Notes under the pieces: generated by a model
Told to the model about the DNA's origin: nothing
Database searches by the model: none
The model's input: only the letters and a program-made list of their open reading frames with translations
Position numbers and translations under genes: made by a program
IMG/VR virus record: IMGVR_UViG_3300028138_000009
Location: 1-31,522 of that record
Source: a virus
Taxonomy: Duplodnaviria; Caudoviricetes
Strand: one strand, 5' to 3'
Length of the DNA: 31,522 nucleotides
Shown: positions 6,765-15,936 of the stretch, piece by piece
Layout: each line of letters begins with the position of its first letter
How positions within the stretch are numbered: the stretch's first letter is position 1

Positions 6765-8539
6765 TTAACCTGAGTCGCGTTTGGATACTTTGCTTTGAAA
6801 TTGTTCCATTGGCTCTTGTGAATCTGCCCCGGTGCCTGTCCGGGGATTTGCACTTGGATCATGTCTCCGCCTGTTTTCGACTGGATATAGGCATTGTTTT
6901 TGCGGTTCAATTGCTGCTGTGCCTTGATTCCCTGTTGAGTCTCTGCCGATCCAGGGAACATGGGAATGTGCTGTCCTGCCAGATCAATATTCTTCTGAAA
7001 TTCTTCCGTTGTCATATTCGCAAAGTCTTTCGGCGCTATCGGCGGAGGCAACTGCTCTAACTGCAATTCAAGAATCTTGTCTGATGCACGGGATGAGTTT
7101 GTCAAAATCTGCTGGTATCCACTCAGGGATTCACGCGCCTGATTGAACAGAATGTAGCGTTTCATTCCTTCCGGAGAAAGCCCTTGCATCCCCTGAGCCT
7201 TCAATTGTGATTGGACATATCCCGGCAACACATTCAAACTCAATCCGTGAGCGCTTAGTCCAGCTCCAATGTTGTGATCCGCGAGATATGAGATTGCCAG
7301 CTTATCTTGATCGTCCAATTCTGGGCCATCGAATGTGGAGGCATAGTCTCCGACCTTGCGTTGCACATCCGCGAGACGATTCGAGAGTGATTCATCTTTT
7401 CGCACCTGAACCGGGCTTACTTTATTCGCCGTAATCTGTAAACCTTTCGCGCCAGCATCCTGCCGCGTTGTCGCAATCGTTTGGCCGCTCTGCTTATCGA
7501 AGGCATAGACCGTATCATTGGCCGTTGCACTCTGAAACGGCTGCCCATTTACCATCACGGGTTTTGCATTTATGCCCGGAGCGGCGGGTTGCTGGCCGGG
7601 TAGCGTTGGCGGTTTCAGGATGTTTCCCGAGGGTTTAGGCGGAGTATTGGACTGCGGCGGAGAGATCAGCTTATTGCTATTGGGATTCGGCGGAGCTGGA
7701 ACCATGGGCGCACTGGTGGAAGTTGTAGGAATGGCCTGCAAGGTTCCATCGGCATCAACTTTGAATTCTTGCCCATGGCGAATCTTCTCTAGATAGGCGG
7801 CGGGCACGACTGCATTGTCCGCATACCCCCGGAAATTACCCGCTTTGTCATACAGCCCGACTCCCAAGGTTCCATCCGGCATATATGCCGCTTTCATGCT
7901 AGTTTGGCTCATGCGGGCCAATGCCTGAACCTGCGCAGCCTGTAATCCTCTGCTCTGCAATCCCTGATTGATGCTGTTTTGCTTCAATATAGCGAACTTT
8001 TGAACCGGGGAAAGCATGGTTCCGATGTCTACGCCCAGCATCTTTGCTTCCTGCGGATCGGTAATCGGCCCAGCCGCATTCTGTGCGGTCATATTCTGCC
8101 GATAAAGCGCTTCTGACTGCTTTGCAAACAAATCAGCGCTGGCTTGCTGCTGTTTCATCTGCATATTCATCTGATTTTGCTGAATTTCGTAATCAGTTGG
8201 CAGCCCAATATGCTTTTTACCTGCCTCTCCCATGCCATAGAGCATACTGGCGAGATATCCCTTGATCCCGCTGCCCTGTGGCCCCGGTGGAGGTGGTTGC
8301 TGGAATGCCTGTTGCTGTGGCATCTGGGGCTGCTGTGGCGCTTGCGGCGGTACTTGAGGGGCAATCGATGCCGGAGACGAAACAGGAGCAGGAACGGCCT
8401 GCGGAGCGCTGGGAGTTGGCACATTAGGCGCTGATTGACCCGGCACAGTGTCAGGAGCAGGCGCAGTTGGGCTATATCCCGGCTGATAACCTCCGGAATT
8501 ACCCTGCATTGCCGCTAATAGGCTGGCTATTGTGCTCAT
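6761..8539 (-). CDS. Ejection/internal virion protein, Pro/Gln-rich
   Basis: 592 aa, no Cys, P/Q/A-rich low-complexity and helical segments; position after the pilot protein. Confidence 0.65.
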   Translation of the reverse strand: MSTIASLLAAMQGNSGGYQPGYSPTAPAPDTVPGQSAPNVPTPSAPQAVPAPVSSPASIAPQVPPQAPQQPQMPQQQAFQQPPPPGPQGSGIKGYLASMLYGMGEAGKKHIGLPTDYEIQQNQMNMQMKQQQASADLFAKQSEALYRQNMTAQNAAGPITDPQEAKMLGVDIGTMLSPVQKFAILKQNSINQGLQSRGLQAAQVQALARMSQTSMKAAYMPDGTLGVGLYDKAGNFRGYADNAVVPAAYLEKIRHGQEFKVDADGTLQAIPTTSTSAPMVPAPPNPNSNKLISPPQSNTPPKPSGNILKPPTLPGQQPAAPGINAKPVMVNGQPFQSATANDTVYAFDKQSGQTIATTRQDAGAKGLQITANKVSPVQVRKDESLSNRLADVQRKVGDYASTFDGPELDDQDKLAISYLADHNIGAGLSAHGLSLNVLPGYVQSQLKAQGMQGLSPEGMKRYILFNQARESLSGYQQILTNSSRASDKILELQLEQLPPPIAPKDFANMTTEEFQKNIDLAGQHIPMFPGSAETQQGIKAQQQLNRKNNAYIQSKTGGDMIQVQIPGQAPGQIHKSQWNNFKAKYPNATQVK

Positions 8540-8673
8540 TTATGGTCTTCGGTTTTTTCTTTTTCCATCTTTTCCAGCATTGAAAGCATAGAGTCAGCGC
8601 CATAAAGTACATGGACATAATCCATGCAGTATTTAGCGGGAAGATCGTGTTCCCAGCAATAATCATTATCCAT
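8536..8673 (-). CDS. 45-aa CxxH-x6-C-x4-H micro-protein (not in the ORF track)
   Basis: MDNDYCWEHDLPAKYCMDYVHVLYGADSMLSMLEKMEKEKTEDHK; ATG abuts the upstream TAA and its TGA overlaps the next ATG. Confidence 0.7.
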   Translation of the reverse strand: MDNDYCWEHDLPAKYCMDYVHVLYGADSMLSMLEKMEKEKTEDHK

Positions 8674-9306
8674 TTAGCTATCCTTTTTCCCCAAATTCAA
8701 GCCATAATGGCTGAACATGTTTGAAAGTCCTCCAGTTGCCATATCCCCTAATCCTTTTCCAACTCCGCCCGCGAAGCTGGTAGCAAGGCTTTGCAAGAAT
8801 CCCGGCGTATTGGCTGCCTTGATGTACTGATCGAGTGAATTATTGGCTCCCTGCCCGAATGTTTGGACATTGCTACCGAGCTGTGCAGATTGGCCCGCTT
8901 GAACTGACAGAGCATTGAATTTGTTCGTGAGCGCTTGCTGAAGATCGGCAATGTTGGTTCCTAGAATACCCTGCGATTGGCTTGATGCCCGCGCACCCTG
9001 CAAGGCTTCAAGTCCTCTGGTCAAATCTCCCCCGCCCGGTGAATCTCCGCCAGCTACGCCACGCGCACGAAGGGAAGACAGTACACTTGAACCAGCCTGA
9101 TTGAAGTTCTGCGAGTTCTGATTCAGAAACTGGCTCTGCATGAGCGCCAATTGCTGCGGATCGAAACCCTGCCCCGCCCCGGTTGTATATTGGGAGGTCG
9201 TAGCCATGATCTGATCCCTGATTTGCTTTTGCTGGTCAATGGCTTGTTGCTGGAGCTTGTTTTGCTCATCGAGTTGGGCTTGCGCTACTCCTGTTCCTTT
9301 GCCCAT
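8674..9306 (-). CDS. DNA pilot/ejection protein (P22 gp7-like by position and composition)
   Basis: MG start, Q/A/G/S/N-rich, SLRARGV motif, Gly-rich amphipathic C-terminus. Confidence 0.7.
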   Translation of the reverse strand: MGKGTGVAQAQLDEQNKLQQQAIDQQKQIRDQIMATTSQYTTGAGQGFDPQQLALMQSQFLNQNSQNFNQAGSSVLSSLRARGVAGGDSPGGGDLTRGLEALQGARASSQSQGILGTNIADLQQALTNKFNALSVQAGQSAQLGSNVQTFGQGANNSLDQYIKAANTPGFLQSLATSFAGGVGKGLGDMATGGLSNMFSHYGLNLGKKDS

Positions 9307-9720
9307 TTATAACTTCCTTTCAAACAATTGCATGTCCGTTTCTTTTTCAGCAGGCGTCACAGGAATGCAACCATGATGCCGCGCAAACTCTTTTGTCTGC
9401 GCATCGGAGCACAGAAAATATAATTCACCCTCACCGCGCACTCGCGCTTCATATTCCGCAACCTGCAAGAGTGCCCTGAATGCTAAAGCGCATTCCTGCG
9501 GAGATGCTTCCGGATTGATCGCCAGAGCCTCTAAAAAAGTGCAGCGCTGCCGTGGCATATACATAATGCCTTTTCCGTTGCTGGCTTTCAGTACATCTGT
9601 TGCAGGATAATTGAAGATGGCCGTATCAATGTTATTCCTATGGGATAGCTTACTCATCCAATCAGACATTTCCGGCAGATCATCCGCCTTCATTTTTTCC
9701 ACGCGAATAGGTTCTCTCAA
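9307..9720 (-). CDS. GNAT-fold virion assembly protein (P22 gp14 / T7 gp13 position)
   Basis: LEALAINPEA...ARVRGEGELYF...EFARHHGC pattern; directly upstream of the ejection genes. Confidence 0.6.
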   Translation of the reverse strand: MREPIRVEKMKADDLPEMSDWMSKLSHRNNIDTAIFNYPATDVLKASNGKGIMYMPRQRCTFLEALAINPEASPQECALAFRALLQVAEYEARVRGEGELYFLCSDAQTKEFARHHGCIPVTPAEKETDMQLFERKL

Positions 9721-10742
9721 CTGACGGCTCCCGCTTCAAGTTTGAAATTGTGACTCAAGAATCCATTAGCAAAGAACAGATGCCCGCGCTTCATATGCGC
9801 CTGTACCTTTGTGCAGCCCTTTATGAATTGAGCCGTTCTGATAACTTTTTCCTCTCCATTGTCCGTCATGATCCATCGGTTTTTACCGACAAATGAATCG
9901 GCTCTGACTTTGCCTTTTTCGGCATCATATAGCGGATGATCCGGGGTGCAATTCAGTCCACGCACAAAACACCCTCCCGGCTCAGTCTCAATTCTTACCC
10001 AATCTTCCCAGCGATAATTTTGTGTGTCGATTGGCTCACTTCCCAGCGGCTTTAAAGTAGTGCCAATCATGACACAACTTCCAGGGTCTGGGTTAGGTGG
10101 ATTGGTTGGTGGGCCGGGGCTTGTCGATCCGGCTGGCGCTGGCTGAGTCCATTGAATTGACCCTATTTCTTCACGGCCTGCGAAGTGTTGCTGCGCTACC
10201 GCCTGCTTAATCTGGGTTGCCGTTGCCGCCGCCGTGAATGCAATAAGTGGAGTTCCGGCAAGTCCGGATGCCCACCCTAATCCGCATTCATTGAATGGAG
10301 TCCAGTAAGCATATGCCGTATAAACTGCGCTTGAAGTCAATCCGGATAGAGAAATATTGTTCGGCGGAATCACGCTTACTGTTTGATCGGCACGGCGGAG
10401 CAAGAAGACGCGGCTGCTATTGGTTCCATCATAATAAATTGTCGCTGTCGAATCGGTTGCGGAGCCGACTGAAAAAACACCATCCACCACGGCTGGGGCC
10501 ATTGAACCCATGAAGCTAATGCTGCTTGATGTTGCTAGATTCAACTTGCCATCGATCAGCCCCCCTGAATCCAATGGGGAGAAATCTGAGGGCGCAAACA
10601 TCCCTCCGCCCAATCTGTAAGGCGTCACGCTCTCAATACGCGCAATTCTCGCGGGCAGGTTAGGCTGGCTCTGTTGCTGCATTGCGGACATGCCATTCAA
10701 TGCATAAATCTGATTCTGCTGAATCACATCATTTGCTGACAA
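9717..10742 (-). CDS. Tail protein with a C-terminal Hint (intein-like) domain
   Basis: Pro-rich linker then CVMIGT (block A, Cys223), CTPDHPLY (block B), HLFFANGFLSHN (blocks F/G). Confidence 0.85.
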   Translation of the reverse strand: MSANDVIQQNQIYALNGMSAMQQQSQPNLPARIARIESVTPYRLGGGMFAPSDFSPLDSGGLIDGKLNLATSSSISFMGSMAPAVVDGVFSVGSATDSTATIYYDGTNSSRVFLLRRADQTVSVIPPNNISLSGLTSSAVYTAYAYWTPFNECGLGWASGLAGTPLIAFTAAATATQIKQAVAQQHFAGREEIGSIQWTQPAPAGSTSPGPPTNPPNPDPGSCVMIGTTLKPLGSEPIDTQNYRWEDWVRIETEPGGCFVRGLNCTPDHPLYDAEKGKVRADSFVGKNRWIMTDNGEEKVIRTAQFIKGCTKVQAHMKRGHLFFANGFLSHNFKLEAGAVS

Positions 10743-12564
10743 GTTTTTCCTCCTTCATTGGAGGATTGACAATGATCGTGTAGCACACGAAATTATTATC
10801 GGCAGTGGGCCAGACAATCTTTGTCGCCACCCGTTCAGCATAAGGCTCTGATTCTGCGAGATAAACCTTCTTTACAAGATTTGTTCCCTGAGTTCTGCGC
10901 CCGACCACATTCAAATCCTGTGGCGCGGTCTTTGCTGAATCCGTAATCTCCTGCCATGTCGGGCTGCCAGTGGTCGGGTCTTCATCCGGCAGGAAATAGA
11001 CGTTCTGCGCAATGTGCGAATCTGTTTCAATTGCCGTTCCATAATACTTACTATCAGGCTCTCCTATGCGCAGCAAATTGATAACAGCGACGGGGGAGTA
11101 GGTTGCTCCCCCATCGTTGTAAGCCGTGGAATTCATTTTGTACAGTTTCGTCTTTCCCAGAGCGCATGTCAATGAAACAGTTGAGGATGCGCTTTCCCCG
11201 GAACTGAGCGCGGAAGCGGCGGCAGGAAGCACCTTGGGGGGCATCCAGAACTGAGTATCCATGTCGTAAATATAGAGTTTTCCGTTGGCTCCATCAAGCA
11301 GACAAATCCAATGGAAGCGACCCTGAATGTGAATGGCCATGTAAGCCTGCGAATGATCGATTGCTTTGATGTCATTCCGGATGTCGAATCCCACTTCCTG
11401 CCCGTCAAGAAAAATCTGTGAGGACGTATCCAACCAAGCCACTGAATTACCGAGCGCCGCCGTTGCTTGATGGCTGATTGCTCCGCGCCTGTCCAGCAAC
11501 CCACCATAAATGAAATTGTCGCGCTGCGTTCCCTGAATCTGATGCATCTTCCCGCGAGTGAACACGGCAACGCCATTTGCCATAGGCCGCTGGCTGGTTA
11601 CCTCAAGCGGCCACGAGTGATTGTTGCCGTCAAGTCCCGATGGCCAGCATTCTTCCGGAACCCCACGCGCCGGGAGTTCTTCATCTCCTGAGAAGTACGT
11701 CGTGGCGTCTGCGGACAGGAAGATTCTTCCGTTATAGGCAATGATGTTGACTCCTGGTGTTGGGGGATCATTTGAGGTTGTGCTTGGGGCCGTGTTGATG
11801 GAGAGATTGACATCGGTGGTTGTATCGTTTTGGGTCGTGGTCGTGTTGGCAAATGGACTCCCGGTAATCTCCTGCATCAATGTGGGATCGGTTGAGCCGC
11901 CGTCCGTCGTGCGGTAAACGTGAATCTGATCGACTTGGCCATCGGAAGAAGCCACTAACGGCAACGTCACAGTCTTATTGCTGACAATCCCGGTACAGGG
12001 GGATAGATCGGATGCGGAGGATTCATGTCCAGTTACCGAATTGCCATATGTCACACGGTAATACCATCCGACATAGGACGTGATTCCTGTTCCGGTTGTG
12101 CCGACTGATACAAGCGCGGCGGGCCTTGTGATACCCCATTTCTGCGTAGTGCTACCCGTGCCGGAATACTTCCTCATCTCCGTTTTGTTGCCCATGTAGA
12201 GCGTGTTATTGGAGACAACAAAATCAAATGGAATGGGAGTTGACGAAGTGAATATGATAACAAAACTGGTATCCACTCCGGCTTCATATTTGTAAACTTT
12301 GGCGAATCCACCCGAAATATCGCAGACAATATTGAGAAATCTTGCTCCGCCCCATAGTGCCCACCAAAAATTACGTACGGCTCCAGTAAAAGTTGTTGGC
12401 GTGGCCTCTACAGCATCAGAGAATCCCGGCATTTTCTCCATGATCTGCTGGGCAGTAGTGAGGATGTTCTGCGATCCAAGAACCATATTAGGAGCATCGG
12501 AGGTAATGTCCGCATAGCTCTTATAGGGTAAAGCTGTGTCGAGTAATTCTCGTTTTGCTCCCAT
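10729..12564 (-). CDS. Tail nozzle/stabilisation protein (P22 gp10 / tubular B-like) with an Fn3-like insert
   Basis: 611 aa beta-rich with propeller-like repeats; YYRVTYGNSVTGHESS and IHVYRTTDGG insert; follows the adaptor gene. Confidence 0.7.
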   Translation of the reverse strand: MGAKRELLDTALPYKSYADITSDAPNMVLGSQNILTTAQQIMEKMPGFSDAVEATPTTFTGAVRNFWWALWGGARFLNIVCDISGGFAKVYKYEAGVDTSFVIIFTSSTPIPFDFVVSNNTLYMGNKTEMRKYSGTGSTTQKWGITRPAALVSVGTTGTGITSYVGWYYRVTYGNSVTGHESSASDLSPCTGIVSNKTVTLPLVASSDGQVDQIHVYRTTDGGSTDPTLMQEITGSPFANTTTTQNDTTTDVNLSINTAPSTTSNDPPTPGVNIIAYNGRIFLSADATTYFSGDEELPARGVPEECWPSGLDGNNHSWPLEVTSQRPMANGVAVFTRGKMHQIQGTQRDNFIYGGLLDRRGAISHQATAALGNSVAWLDTSSQIFLDGQEVGFDIRNDIKAIDHSQAYMAIHIQGRFHWICLLDGANGKLYIYDMDTQFWMPPKVLPAAASALSSGESASSTVSLTCALGKTKLYKMNSTAYNDGGATYSPVAVINLLRIGEPDSKYYGTAIETDSHIAQNVYFLPDEDPTTGSPTWQEITDSAKTAPQDLNVVGRRTQGTNLVKKVYLAESEPYAERVATKIVWPTADNNFVCYTIIVNPPMKEEKLVSK

Positions 12565-13310
12565 CAGCCAAATACCCTCGGCCAGAAAACATCCTTTCCT
12601 TGGCCCAATGTTCCGCCTGCCGGATAAACTGTATCCTCGCCATCGCTGAAGTCTTCTGCTTTGGTCATATCAGTAAAGGCATCCATGAACACCGCGAGCT
12701 GCCCTGTATAGACCTGCCTTCCTTGTACGACCTGCACTACCCCAGCGCGTGAATCGTCAGTCAGTTCATAGAATTTCCAGCGCACTCCTTCAAGAAACAC
12801 ATTGAAGTAATGATCCGGAAGTACCAGCGCGGTTCCAAGATTGCTGACCGTTATTTTGGTCGGCATGATCTGAAATTCACCTTCCAGCTTGAGCACAGTC
12901 GCGGAAGGGACGGCGGCGGCATAATCCAGCCTGATTTTGTTGATGGTGGATTCCCACGAATAGAACCTGATCGAATCGAGTCCGCCCTTGGTCACAGTCT
13001 CTACGCTCAAATGATTTTTCTGCGTGAGAAAGCGGCGCGGCGTTGGCGTCTGCGATGTGTCTTTGATTTCAATATTCACAAATCGATAGAAGCTTGTCAG
13101 GTCTGATCCGCCCAAGGAATAATCTTGCGTCCCATCTACCAGCGTGATATCCGTGAGCGCTTGCTTTGTCCAGTTCCATGGGAACTTTGTCCAGATGCGC
13201 GAGTACATCAAATCGCAGGCGTAAATCTGCATGGTCTGTGATGGCGCTTTGTGATTTAGCGCCGTAGCCAGATTGATGGCGTCATTCGGGGTATATGTTG
13301 GGGCTGCCAT
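12564..13310 (-). CDS. Head-tail adaptor (tail tubular A-like)
   Basis: FPWNW, TLVDGTQDYSL and LPDHYFNV motifs; size and position. Confidence 0.7.
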   Translation of the reverse strand: MAAPTYTPNDAINLATALNHKAPSQTMQIYACDLMYSRIWTKFPWNWTKQALTDITLVDGTQDYSLGGSDLTSFYRFVNIEIKDTSQTPTPRRFLTQKNHLSVETVTKGGLDSIRFYSWESTINKIRLDYAAAVPSATVLKLEGEFQIMPTKITVSNLGTALVLPDHYFNVFLEGVRWKFYELTDDSRAGVVQVVQGRQVYTGQLAVFMDAFTDMTKAEDFSDGEDTVYPAGGTLGQGKDVFWPRVFG

Positions 13311-13311
13311 T

Positions 13312-13689
13312 CTATGTCCAAGCTGTCACTGATCCGCCTATTACTCCAAGAGCGTTAGCTACCGTTTCTGCTGAATTTCTCAATGTTCTCTGGTTTGTAT
13401 TCAAAGTCGTAAGCTGTGGCCCAGTCAATGTTCCACTCTGCCCTGTGCTGGCTGTCCAAGATCCATTCGCGGTGTTGACTGTAACGGAAGTGACTGCAGT
13501 TTGTGGCCCAGGGTTTACGCTCTGAACAAAAGAATTGGTTGCAGGGCTTCCATAGGCGAATGTGAAAGTTACAGTATTGCCGGGGAAGTTCATATTGATG
13601 CCCACGAGAGCGCACGAATCTCGCGTTTCAATAGTTACTCCATTTCTCTGTAAAGCCTCTATTGCCGATGCTGGTATAGAAATTGGCAT
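13312..13689 (-). CDS. 125-aa hypothetical virion-module protein
   Basis: In operon, Thr/Ser/Asn-rich beta sequence. Confidence 0.6.
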   Translation of the reverse strand: MPISIPASAIEALQRNGVTIETRDSCALVGINMNFPGNTVTFTFAYGSPATNSFVQSVNPGPQTAVTSVTVNTANGSWTASTGQSGTLTGPQLTTLNTNQRTLRNSAETVANALGVIGGSVTAWT

Positions 13690-13699
13690 GATTTTTATC

Positions 13700-14797
13700 C
13701 TAATAAACCCACATCGAACTTCCGCGATAGATTGTAAGTGCGTCTGAAGCGCTACCTGTAGCTATAGCAATTGAAAACTGCGTTGGAGAGGCATTACTTG
13801 GAGCTTCAACTGTTCCAAATATTTCCGCCTGAAACATGTCCGCATTAGTGCCTATAACGCCAAAAGCGGAAGGAGTCGCCGTTATAACTGTTGTGGAAGT
13901 AGCTGTGGTAATGATCGCATTATTCATCACACATGCTCCAGTATTATTTGTATTGACCTTACCCCAAGTCTGCAATTGAGTTGGTGCAGTCTGGGCAGTA
14001 ATGATTCCGAAAATGTTTGCCGCTGCTGCCGTATCTTGAGAATAGAGCAGATGACAATGGAAGCTCCATTTTGATGCAACAGAAGCAGGGCATGTAAATG
14101 TTAGCCCTGTAACTGCCACAAGCGTGGCCGATGTAGTAGTGAAGTTAGCTGTTACCTGAAGCGTTTGAGATGTTTTTATAAATCCAGCAGTGCTTCCCTG
14201 TGCCCCACTCCCTATGCCAATATAGTTCGCCGCAATACGCGACAGGTTGGAATCAGCTGTGGCGTTAAAAGCATTCGTAGATCCCCAATTGAGAGATTGC
14301 AGAGAGCCAAGATTGGCAAAAATTCCAGCGCTTGGATACAGAATAGAAAGTGGCCCTGATGATTCTCTAATCGTTCCAACACTTAAATTTGCGAATTGGC
14401 CGCCATCTTGAGTTTTAAATATTGCTACATTTCCTCCAGCAGTGGTAGCAATAGAAAATCCCTGATTCGTACCAGTTCCCAACATCAGGCTACGAATGGT
14501 ATCGACTGGAACGCTAATTGCATTGCTGGATACTATTGGATTCTGCGTTGTTCCCGCCGCCGCTGGGCCTGTGAGTGTCGCTGTTCCGCTTGTGGTTCCT
14601 TTCAGTCCTAAAACTCCGCTGCCCACTCCCACCGCGCCAATATCAAGCTCCTTGCTGCCATCCGTGGTAAATCCTGCCGCTACTTTTGTATCTGTGGTTC
14701 CTGCCCCAAGCACTACAGAATTGGATGTAAGCGCTCCTGCGGTCGCCGTAACCGATCCGCTTCCTCCGCCGCCAATGGCTATTACCTTTTTCGGCAT
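13700..14797 (-). CDS. Fibre/spike protein
   Basis: Gly-rich N-terminal hinge GGGGSGSV, G/T/A/S-rich shaft, C-terminal beta-sandwich-like knob. Confidence 0.65.
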   Translation of the reverse strand: MPKKVIAIGGGGSGSVTATAGALTSNSVVLGAGTTDTKVAAGFTTDGSKELDIGAVGVGSGVLGLKGTTSGTATLTGPAAAGTTQNPIVSSNAISVPVDTIRSLMLGTGTNQGFSIATTAGGNVAIFKTQDGGQFANLSVGTIRESSGPLSILYPSAGIFANLGSLQSLNWGSTNAFNATADSNLSRIAANYIGIGSGAQGSTAGFIKTSQTLQVTANFTTTSATLVAVTGLTFTCPASVASKWSFHCHLLYSQDTAAAANIFGIITAQTAPTQLQTWGKVNTNNTGACVMNNAIITTATSTTVITATPSAFGVIGTNADMFQAEIFGTVEAPSNASPTQFSIAIATGSASDALTIYRGSSMWVY

Positions 14798-15238
14798 TTA
14801 CTGAGTCTCCACATAAACGTCCAGCACGAAGGATGGAGTTGTTCCGCCGATCACAACCGAGAGCCGCCATGTGCTGCCAAATGCGACAGAGTTTATGGTT
14901 GCCGCCGCGAGTGATCCAGCCTGCTGTGCTTCTTCTTTGTTTCCTCCTGTCACCATGCTCATTACCCGATTTGCATTTCCTGTGAATTGCGTGAAGTGGG
15001 CTATATCGTGCCATGTAGTCGTATCCGGCAAAAGACGCTGCACGTAAATATCCATGGTCGGACTTGTACCACTAACGGATGAAGACTTGGCATATATCAC
15101 CGCCTGAGAAACCGCTGCAAACCCAACAAGGCCTACTGTCTGGTCACTCGATGTCAACGTCTGCGCTTTGACCCATTGGAAGCGTGAAGATCCATCGGTG
15201 CTGGGCTGAACCATCGTCGCATTTGTCGCAATAGCCAA
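14798..15238 (-). CDS. Small beta-sandwich structural protein, paralogue C
   Basis: SGTSPTMDIYVQ...WRL...GGTTPSF shared with 15249-15716 and 19437-19889. Confidence 0.75.
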   Translation of the reverse strand: MAIATNATMVQPSTDGSSRFQWVKAQTLTSSDQTVGLVGFAAVSQAVIYAKSSSVSGTSPTMDIYVQRLLPDTTTWHDIAHFTQFTGNANRVMSMVTGGNKEEAQQAGSLAAATINSVAFGSTWRLSVVIGGTTPSFVLDVYVETQ

Positions 15239-15248
15239 GGCCGTTCTC

Positions 15249-15716
15249 CTACTGAGTCAAATGTGCCACAACCGAAAACGTGAAGCTCGGAGTTGTAGCG
15301 GTAATCACATACTTTACACGCCATGTGCATCCGAGGTGACCAACCTTGCCCGTACCTGCGCTCATTGTGCCATCTTGCAACGCCAGAGAAACCGTGGCAA
15401 CAGCACCAGCCGCCGTGAATGCTGATGGATTAACGCGAGCAACCCAGCTCCCGGTATTTGTGGCTTGATTAAACGCAATAAAATCATCATAGAACTTTGT
15501 TCCGGTTGGACAGGAGTTGACCAAATCTGTAGATGCGGCGGCATATAGAACGTCCTGAATCTTCACATCAAGGGTCGGAGACGTTCCAGAAGCAGCCGTA
15601 ACATTGAGCAATACAATGCACCCCTCATACCCGCAAGGAATTGGAATCTCGCTGCCGACTCCGCTGGCCGTTGCTGTCCCATTGAAAAGAACAATCTTTC
15701 TTGGGTCTTTGCTCAT
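15249..15716 (-). CDS. Small beta-sandwich structural protein, paralogue B
   Basis: NVTAASGTSPTLDVKIQ...WRVKY...TTPSFTFSV. Confidence 0.75.
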   Translation of the reverse strand: MSKDPRKIVLFNGTATASGVGSEIPIPCGYEGCIVLLNVTAASGTSPTLDVKIQDVLYAAASTDLVNSCPTGTKFYDDFIAFNQATNTGSWVARVNPSAFTAAGAVATVSLALQDGTMSAGTGKVGHLGCTWRVKYVITATTPSFTFSVVAHLTQ

Positions 15717-15904
15717 CTTCTCCGTCTCCTTACCCAGACGATTTTATCTTGCGGCACTTCCCGTATAACTTCAATCTCTTTTATGACTTCGCGCACTTTT
15801 TCTGGGCATACATGATTCATTACAACTTCTGATTTTCCCGCCAGCTTGCCTATCAGGAACATCTTTACTCGCTCTGCCCATTGGCGCTTGTTGACGTTTG
15901 ACAT
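15713..15904 (-). CDS. 63-aa hypothetical protein with EVIKE/EVIRE repeats
   Basis: ATGA coupling to the next gene; VREVIKEIEVIREVP. Confidence 0.55.
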   Translation of the reverse strand: MSNVNKRQWAERVKMFLIGKLAGKSEVVMNHVCPEKVREVIKEIEVIREVPQDKIVWVRRRRR

Positions 15905-15936
15905 AATAAGAAAATTCTTAGATTCTAATTCCCGAT

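Noticed and set aside
9747-10076. Mobile, splicing intein
   Set aside because: No homing endonuclease, the +1 residue is Phe and the C-extein is only 9 aa
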